A DNA stretch of 64,000 nt from Candidatus Thorarchaeota archaeon (GTDB taxonomy: Archaea; Asgardarchaeota; Thorarchaeia; Thorarchaeales; Thorarchaeaceae). The DNA is taken from positions 192,001-256,000 of the forward strand of contig DXJO01000010.1 of NCBI GenBank assembly GCA_019057475.1, given 5' to 3'. Below the pieces are notes generated by a model. It ran no database searches. It was not told where the DNA came from and saw only the letters and a list, made by a program, of their open reading frames with translations. Positions within the stretch are counted from its first letter, which is position 1; each line of letters starts with the position of its first letter. The translations under genes were made by a program, and so were the position numbers. Positions 58,140-64,000 of this stretch are shown here, piece by piece.

Positions 58140-58559
58140 TCATTCATCAGAGAACCTTGTAGGCACTCCTGTTGACGTCGCGACAAGCTCTTGGGCGGCA
58201 CTAATGTAGCGCAACACCTTCACCATGCTTCCTTTGATCTTGAACCTGCGTGAAAGCAATCCCTTGATCGGGCCCATTTCCTGATTAAGGAGTTTCTTCC
58301 AGTTTTCGAGCGTTCCAGAGTAAACAAACTCGGCAGATTCCCCCGGTGCAGCAAGATGAACTGCTCTGCACTTACCATGCCATAAATCTACATACGCTCT
58401 AATCGGTTCTGTCACAGTCTTGCCATCTGAATCAATCTGGAAGATGAAATCGCCTTCCCAGTCTTTTGCCACCTCTTCGTACTGCTGGTTACTGTTGAGG
58501 AGTTCCATGTATCTCTTCATCCAATCCTCGGACAGGAATAGCAGCTTATTCTCGTTCAT
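58140..58559 (-). CDS. SCP2 sterol-carrier/lipid-binding domain protein (copy 2)
   Basis: Clear paralog of 57643-58083, sharing DWEGDFIFQ, DLWHG, YSGT..NWKKL, PIKGL and VPT.F.DE. Confidence 0.85.
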   Translation of the reverse strand: MNENKLLFLSEDWMKRYMELLNSNQQYEEVAKDWEGDFIFQIDSDGKTVTEPIRAYVDLWHGKCRAVHLAAPGESAEFVYSGTLENWKKLLNQEMGPIKGLLSRRFKIKGSMVKVLRYISAAQELVATSTGVPTRFSDE

Positions 58560-58589
58560 GGCAATCTCACAGTAGTGTCCAAGTCAGCA

Positions 58590-59294
58590 TTAGTTTTTTG
58601 GTTTCGAGGCAGATCGCTTCTTCGGCGGGGGCACCCATAGAGGAAGATTGAGCGCATCTGCAAGCTTGGCCTGCTCCTCGTTTCGTCCAACTCCGTTCAA
58701 CCAATGCGCGTCGCTACCGAGTGTGAAGCGGCATCCCTGGTCCTTGGCGGTTTCGAAGAACTCAAGGTTGTCCGGTGGGTACCTAGAATTCAGTTCTACT
58801 GCAATATCATTCTCTGCCAATGCAGCCGCAACGATTTCGCCATCAGCCTGTCTGTATGTGGATAAATAACCATCAAAGTGGCCTAGGATATGCATCACCC
58901 CTCGTTTGGATGCCCCAATCACAGCAGACGCCCACCTAGATGAGTCACTGCCCCAGTGTACGGAACCTATGACAAGGTCAAACTGTTCATGGCCTCCCGC
59001 GACCTTAGAGAAAGTCCCGTCTGGCATGATATCTATCTCTGCACCATCGAGAACTCTAATCTTCGGGAAGTCCGCTCTAGCTGACTCGATTGCGCCTCTG
59101 CGTTCACGGATGAGTCCAATTCCTCCCTGATTGGACCCGATACTCGGCCAAAAGTGGTCACAAATCGCGATGATCTCAAGCCTCAACTGCATTGCGCGTT
59201 CAACAAGTGCTCCGATTGTTTCTGCGCCGTCTGAGAAGCGGGAGTGAATGTGCAGATCTGATTTCCGAGGATTCATTGGACTCACAGAGCCCAA
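58590..59294 (-). CDS. PHP-domain phosphoesterase
   Basis: DLHIHSRFSDG, CDH, GAEID, GSVH, LGH and GSDAH. Confidence 0.9.
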   Translation of the reverse strand: MGSVSPMNPRKSDLHIHSRFSDGAETIGALVERAMQLRLEIIAICDHFWPSIGSNQGGIGLIRERRGAIESARADFPKIRVLDGAEIDIMPDGTFSKVAGGHEQFDLVIGSVHWGSDSSRWASAVIGASKRGVMHILGHFDGYLSTYRQADGEIVAAALAENDIAVELNSRYPPDNLEFFETAKDQGCRFTLGSDAHWLNGVGRNEEQAKLADALNLPLWVPPPKKRSASKPKN

Positions 59295-59810
59295 CTATTT
59301 CAGGAGCTTCTTTCCGAGATTGCGCCCAAAATCCCGGGCTGTTAGCGCTTCAGCCTCATGAAGAGGCCCCTTCATTTCCATAACCTCAGCGGATAGTCCC
59401 TCTGAAACCAATGTTAAACCAGGCACCTTGTTTCTCACCACAGCTTTCATGCTCTCGATTGCCCTCCCATTATGGGCTCCCATGTATGTTTCAAAGAGGG
59501 CTCCGGTCTTTCTTTTTACGCCCGCCTTGCCAACCTTCTTTATGAACCCACGAATCCCTCGAGTTGCCCTGTTCATATGGACGGGACAGCCAAACAGAAT
59601 CACGTCGTATTTCGACACTTCAGCTGGGTCAAGGTCCTTTGGTTTGCTGAGCGTGCAACTAATCTTTCCGGCTTCCTCCATCCCAGCGGCAATTTCCTGA
59701 GCTACCTGCTCCGTATTGCCGTATTTGCTTTCGTAGATGATAATGGCTGTCTTCAAAATCACACCTGCTGCATTTATGCTCTCTGCGGAATTAAACCTAC
59801 CTAAATGCAC
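59295..59810 (-). CDS. Flavodoxin family protein
   Basis: IIYESKYGNTEQVAQEI FMN loop, FGCPV and FET. True start is probably about 55 bp downstream of the ORF-track start. Confidence 0.88.
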   Translation of the reverse strand: MHLGRFNSAESINAAGVILKTAIIIYESKYGNTEQVAQEIAAGMEEAGKISCTLSKPKDLDPAEVSKYDVILFGCPVHMNRATRGIRGFIKKVGKAGVKRKTGALFETYMGAHNGRAIESMKAVVRNKVPGLTLVSEGLSAEVMEMKGPLHEAEALTARDFGRNLGKKLLK

Positions 59811-59876
59811 AATGCGATTTCCTTCATTCGCATGTCTTATTACAAAATGCTTGCTGCTTACTGAGGAGGAATTGGC

Positions 59877-60476
59877 ATGTCACGGCCCATTGATGCAACG
59901 ATTATCGAGGTCGAGCTACCAGACGAAGTGTGGAACAGGGACGGCCTTATCGTTGTGGAGCTCGTTACTGGCGAGCGCCTAAGAATGAAATACGGCCCTG
60001 ATGCAAAAGGAACCTTGCCCAAAATAGGACAAAAAATAACGCTAAGCTACAGGGACTTGATGGCACTCCAAAGGGCACAACCATTGCCACCTGCACCTCA
60101 TTTCGATTCCCGGCCGCAATTTCCCGCCAAGACGTGGGACAATGAGGACCCTTTCGGAAGCTTCGAATCCACCTACAACAAACCTGGGGGTGTTGTTCTG
60201 ATTGTTGTCTTCAACCTAGTAATTTCCATGTTCGGACTTCTTTTTGGATTCCTAATATTGTCTATTTCTTCTGCGGCGATCCTCTTAGGGGCCATTTTCT
60301 TAGTCATTGGTGTCTTTCTGCTGGTCGTATCATACGGCCTTTACAGGCTAGAATCGTGGGCTCGTACGGCATACATGGTTTTCAGCGTGCTCATCTGTTT
60401 CACAATCATTGGAGCTGTCATAGGTGTCCCCATCCTCATCTACCTATACAGTGATGTGAAGAACAGCTTCGATTGA
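59877..60476 (+). CDS. Membrane protein: small N-terminal beta domain, Pro-rich linker, 3-4 C-terminal TM segments
   Basis: GAGGAGG upstream of the ATG. KPGGVVLI..., YGL.RLESWAR membrane motif. Confidence 0.75.
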   Translation: MSRPIDATIIEVELPDEVWNRDGLIVVELVTGERLRMKYGPDAKGTLPKIGQKITLSYRDLMALQRAQPLPPAPHFDSRPQFPAKTWDNEDPFGSFESTYNKPGGVVLIVVFNLVISMFGLLFGFLILSISSAAILLGAIFLVIGVFLLVVSYGLYRLESWARTAYMVFSVLICFTIIGAVIGVPILIYLYSDVKNSFD

Positions 60477-60563
60477 CGCGCGTCAGAAAATGAGTTCCCT
60501 GTACGCAAGAAAGCCCCTCTTCGGCACCTGATGTTTGACAAATGCGGTTCGATTGGAATTTAC

Positions 60564-60632
60564 CGAACGTTTGGCGTTCACCAAACTATTTATAAACAAA
60601 TGCGCTTATGTTTGGTATAAGTCAAACGTTCC
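60564..60632 (+). promoter_or_regulatory. TATA box flanked by inverted operator-like repeats
   Basis: TTTATAAA at 60589-96. CGAACGTTTG (60564-73) and CAAACGTTCC (60623-32) are inverted copies. Inner ACCAAAC/GTTTGGT at 60580-86/60610-16. Confidence 0.6.
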
Positions 60633-60665
60633 GATTTCACGGAACAATCACATGGTGAAACGACA

Positions 60666-61589
60666 ATGTCAAACTCAAAGACTGATTTCAACACGATAAT
60701 AGACGACATGATGACAAGCCTTAGACTTGCAGGGGACAATTTTCTCACTTTCTTCCTTGCGGGTCTTGGAATGGCCGCTTTAGCAATTCTGATGATAGTA
60801 GCAATCACGATACCACTCGGTCTCGCAGCTGCTGTTGTCTTTTCTATGGGTCCCACATTCTGGGCTGACATGGGCCCTGGCATGATGACCTTTGCAACAG
60901 CTAACCCTTACCTCGTTGTAGGTCTAGTTGCTTTGATTGCATTGCCTTTTGTGGGTGTTCTCACGACTGTTGTGGGTGCTATCTATGGCATCAGCAAGGA
61001 AGTCGTGGAAGACGGCGAGACTAAGGCTGAGAATGCTTTCTCCTGGTTCAAGCGCAGATTTCTGGCATTTGCAGGTGCAGGGATCATTCAATCCCTGATT
61101 GTAGTAGGACCTATCTTCCTCCTTAGTGCCATGATTTCTCCAACGTTAGGTGGCAGCGTCACCGGCGTTTACTCCGTTCTCCTTGGCGTGTTCGCATTTG
61201 TGTGGGTCTTCATTACTGAAGGACTCCTCTCCATGATGCTCCCTGCAGTTGTCGACGGGAAGAACCCGATTGAAGCACTCCGCGTTTCGGTTAAACTAGG
61301 CATTGATCGATTCGACAGGGTCTTTGGAATCTGGACTGCATACATCGTACTATTTGCGGCGATGGCAGCTCCAGCTTTCTTGGTCGCTTATGGAGTTGGC
61401 TTCACCCCTGGGATGCACATGGCAATTCCTATGATTGCCGTGGTAGCCGGGGGCTGGACCGCGCTAGCTGGTCTGTTACTGGTTGCAATCGTGCTTCCAA
61501 GCATGATTCTAGCCCGCGCACGCGTATATGCAATCCTGACCGGCAAGCGTCTAGCCGCGCCCAAGGCACTTGAGGTGCCAATTGTATAG
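60666..61589 (+). CDS. Polytopic membrane protein (paralog A)
   Basis: About 6 long TM segments. Shares AE..FSW..R.F..F.G.G.I and PA.VDG..PIEA...S...G...FDRVF with the next gene. Confidence 0.8.
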   Translation: MSNSKTDFNTIIDDMMTSLRLAGDNFLTFFLAGLGMAALAILMIVAITIPLGLAAAVVFSMGPTFWADMGPGMMTFATANPYLVVGLVALIALPFVGVLTTVVGAIYGISKEVVEDGETKAENAFSWFKRRFLAFAGAGIIQSLIVVGPIFLLSAMISPTLGGSVTGVYSVLLGVFAFVWVFITEGLLSMMLPAVVDGKNPIEALRVSVKLGIDRFDRVFGIWTAYIVLFAAMAAPAFLVAYGVGFTPGMHMAIPMIAVVAGGWTALAGLLLVAIVLPSMILARARVYAILTGKRLAAPKALEVPIV

Positions 61590-61669
61590 AACAATCGAGT
61601 GGACTTAAAGGGTGCCTACATTCTTGCAGTGCAGGCACTCACCACTCACCTTGTCGAGGTGTCTGAACG

Positions 61670-62602
61670 ATGATGAAGGGTTCGAGCTTTACAATCCTGA
61701 TGGACGATTTGAAGGCGAGCTTCAAGCTTGCGGTTAAGAACATCCTGTCTTTTCTTTTCGGGATGATTGGTGTGATCATTGTCACGGTTCTCTTGATAGC
61801 AGTCATGGCAATAGCAGTCGTACCGTTCGTAGTCCTCTTTCTAGGCATTGAGGGAATGACCAACGCCATTACTCAACTCGCACCGCTCATGGAAACTGAA
61901 AGCGGAGCTGCTATGGTTATTTTCGGATTTGGCATGATTGTAATCTTGCCATTCCTGATTCCGTTCTTCGTTTCCGTAGGTGCGCTCTTTGGGATGGGCA
62001 GAGAGATTGCTGAGAGTGAGGATACAAATGCTGAAGGTGTCTTCTCTTGGTACTCTCGCAAGTTCTTCTCCTTTGTTGGAGGTGGACTAATCATCTTCCT
62101 GATCTCAATGATGCCGTTAGCTCTTCTGATGCTTGCTCTAATTCCAGTGCATGGAGGATCTCCTGGCGGACCATTTGCGTGGGTTCTCCCAGTTGGGGCA
62201 TTCATCTGGTTGACTGTGAGCTTGAGCATGTTGTCAATGACGTACCCAGCCATAGTGGACGGGTATTCACCTATTGAGGCAACGAAGATATCCTTGAGGA
62301 TGGGCTGGACCTACTTTGACCGCGTTTTCTCGACGTTCCTGTCTTTCATTGTGATAATCGTTCTCCTATTCGCACCCTTCGCCATTGGGGCATTTGTGAG
62401 CCTGTCACTGGGCCCAGAATTCCTCGGGCCGCTAGCGCTGTTTGGCGGCTATGTGATGTTAGCCTTTCTCTTCTTAGCTCTGGTTGTGCTCCCTGCTTTC
62501 ATCATATCGCTCAATCGAGTATACATAATCCTAAGCGGAGAAGACATCACACCACCTCCAGAAGATGAACATCCTGATGTTAGCCTCGTGGGAGGGATAT
62601 GA
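61670..62602 (+). CDS. Polytopic membrane protein (paralog B)
   Basis: Tandem paralog of 60666-61589, preceded by a GAGGTG RBS. Confidence 0.8.
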   Translation: MMKGSSFTILMDDLKASFKLAVKNILSFLFGMIGVIIVTVLLIAVMAIAVVPFVVLFLGIEGMTNAITQLAPLMETESGAAMVIFGFGMIVILPFLIPFFVSVGALFGMGREIAESEDTNAEGVFSWYSRKFFSFVGGGLIIFLISMMPLALLMLALIPVHGGSPGGPFAWVLPVGAFIWLTVSLSMLSMTYPAIVDGYSPIEATKISLRMGWTYFDRVFSTFLSFIVIIVLLFAPFAIGAFVSLSLGPEFLGPLALFGGYVMLAFLFLALVVLPAFIISLNRVYIILSGEDITPPPEDEHPDVSLVGGI

Positions 62603-62605
62603 ACG

Positions 62606-63253
62606 ATGGCAATCATAGAGAAAGACATTGAGCCCATGAAGGATTTGGAGATTATTTCTGATCCAAAGACCATCAAAATCCTCTTTGAACCAACAAGAGC
62701 TGCGATTGTCTTCAAGTACTTGGTACAGGATTCAATGACAGTGAAACAGCTTTCGGACCGGTTGAATAAGAACCCCGGAACTATCCTTCATCACATTGAG
62801 AAACTAAAGAAAGCGGGGCTCATTGTCGAGGAACGCACTGAGCAAACTAGGACTGGAATCGTTCAGCGTTACTATAGGGCAACAGCCAGAGAGTTTCGAC
62901 TCGGAATCAGTGGCATGATGGCGGCAGATGGGGGGGTCGCCAAATTCGCAAAGAATCGCCTAGAATCAATGGTCGCTAGTCTTTCGGTCTATGGCATAGA
63001 GATTTCGGAATCAGAGACCCCTGAAGCAATGGAACTGCTCAGGGCCGTCATAGAACGAGAGAACTACGTGAACTCGAACTTGTCTATCACCGACAAGAAG
63101 AGCTACAAAAAACTCTCCTCTCCGGTACGCAATGATGCGTCGCGAATAACGCGACGATTTGCACTCGAAGAGGATGAGGACTATCGGCGACTGAGAAACA
63201 AGTGGCATAGCTTTCTCCGGTTGCATCAAAAAGGTGGAACAAAGAATGAATGA
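62606..63253 (+). CDS. ArsR-family winged-HTH transcriptional regulator with C-terminal helical domain
   Basis: EPTRAAI..YL....MTVKQLSDRL.KNPGTILHHIEKLKKAGLI...GIVQRYY.ATA. Confidence 0.88.
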   Translation: MAIIEKDIEPMKDLEIISDPKTIKILFEPTRAAIVFKYLVQDSMTVKQLSDRLNKNPGTILHHIEKLKKAGLIVEERTEQTRTGIVQRYYRATAREFRLGISGMMAADGGVAKFAKNRLESMVASLSVYGIEISESETPEAMELLRAVIERENYVNSNLSITDKKSYKKLSSPVRNDASRITRRFALEEDEDYRRLRNKWHSFLRLHQKGGTKNE

Positions 63254-64000
63254 ACAAAATTCTGGATATCAACGGAATACGACAATGGTCGTGTGTGTAG
63301 TGCTTGTAATCGCAATTGGGGGCATACTTGTAGGTCTACTGGCCTTCTATAATCCGCTCCCCCGTGGCGGTGGATGGAACTGGAGTGATGCAACTACTGA
63401 TTTCAGCTTCGATGACACTCTCGGTTCAACAACAGGCACAGTAGAACTTGATTTGGATATTTCAGTTGGAGGCGTTAAGATAACTTTCGAGAACGACTCG
63501 AACTTGCTCTATAGGATCGACATGGAGGTGCCCAACAACACGGTTGCTGAGTATGGTGACCCCGTAGTTACTTTCAGCTCCAATACGATTACTCTAGACT
63601 ATCCTATGGCGGGAGTCAACGTGACTCTGGGCAGTGGTGTCAACTACACCCTCGATATAGACATAACGACTGGTGCCATTGACTTGGAGCTGATAGCGGG
63701 TGCTCACATTGGGGATGTTGCGCTCAACACATCGGTTGGGGCCATCTCGGTGGTCATGACGGACGATGTTGTAGTTAATGGGGATGTGGAGTTCAGCTTC
63801 CTTACCGGCGTTGGAGCCATCAATGTGGTGGCAGACTTTCCAACAGATGTAGGGGGAAGCTTCGATGCGACCGCATCCGTTGGCAGTATCGAGGTGGTTG
63901 CTCCCGGATGGACGGAATCACCGCCGAATCACTACGAAACAGATGACTACGACACTGCATCAAATACGGTCACTATCACTGCAATCACGAACACAGGTTC
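63246..64000 (+). CDS. Membrane-anchored toast-rack/DUF4097/LiaF-like beta-solenoid protein (3'-truncated; absent from the ORF track)
   Basis: Read by hand from ATG 63246, overlapping the ArsR stop: MNEQNSGYQRNTTMVVCVVLVIAIGGILVGLLAF (TM), then repeats DISVGGVKI, DITTGAIDL, NTSVGAISV, LTGVGAINV, TASVGSIEV. Open to the window end. Confidence 0.8.
   Translation, partial: MNEQNSGYQRNTTMVVCVVLVIAIGGILVGLLAFYNPLPRGGGWNWSDATTDFSFDDTLGSTTGTVELDLDISVGGVKITFENDSNLLYRIDMEVPNNTVAEYGDPVVTFSSNTITLDYPMAGVNVTLGSGVNYTLDIDITTGAIDLELIAGAHIGDVALNTSVGAISVVMTDDVVVNGDVEFSFLTGVGAINVVADFPTDVGGSFDATASVGSIEVVAPGWTESPPNHYETDDYDTASNTVTITAITNTG

Noticed and set aside
411-63272. Numerous 60-180 aa antisense or alternate-frame ORFs in the ORF track
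   Set aside because: They lie wholly within well-supported genes and have no motifs, so they are shadow ORFs.
1-64000. Selenoproteins via UGA read-through or SECIS; CRISPR arrays; rRNA/tRNA; transposases
   Set aside because: All recognised enzymes appear full length with no in-frame TGA at catalytic Cys positions. By eye I saw no regularly spaced repeats, cloverleafs or DDE/tyrosine recombinase ORFs. A covariance-model scan would be needed to exclude small RNAs.

Overview
Gene-dense archaeal chromosomal window with about 54 CDS. The combination of a Rab-like GTPase, a V/A-ATPase subunit I, archaeal TrmI, a form IV RuBisCO-like protein, tungsten AOR and TATA-like promoters at roughly 50% GC points to an Asgard archaeon, probably Thorarchaeia (inference). 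I found no rRNA, tRNA, CRISPR array or transposase. Most genes are housekeeping or metabolic: pyrF, glmM, fhs-folD-ftcd, lplA, tldD/pmbA, an ABC exporter, AOR/ADH, acr3 and two SCP2 genes. Four features stand out. (1) A 130-aa protein (16438-16830) ends in a near copy of the Ena/VASP F-actin-binding motif, preceded by an acidic-Trp N-terminus, a coiled coil and a Pro/Ala linker; it is a candidate archaeal actin assembly factor. (2) A complete bshA-bshB-bshC bacillithiol-type locus has altered active-site motifs and a Zn-ribbon-like insertion in BshC. (3) A 2308-aa surface protein has two FG-GAP-type beta-propellers, about 10 Ig-like modules, seven predicted TM helices and a cytoplasmic tail, an integrin/adhesion-receptor-like architecture. 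(4) Smaller points are an RLP divergent from a THF C1 operon, a low-GC tldD/pmbA block, and an ArsR + paired membrane protein + toast-rack locus with a visible palindromic operator. All family assignments come from motif recognition by eye, not from database searches.
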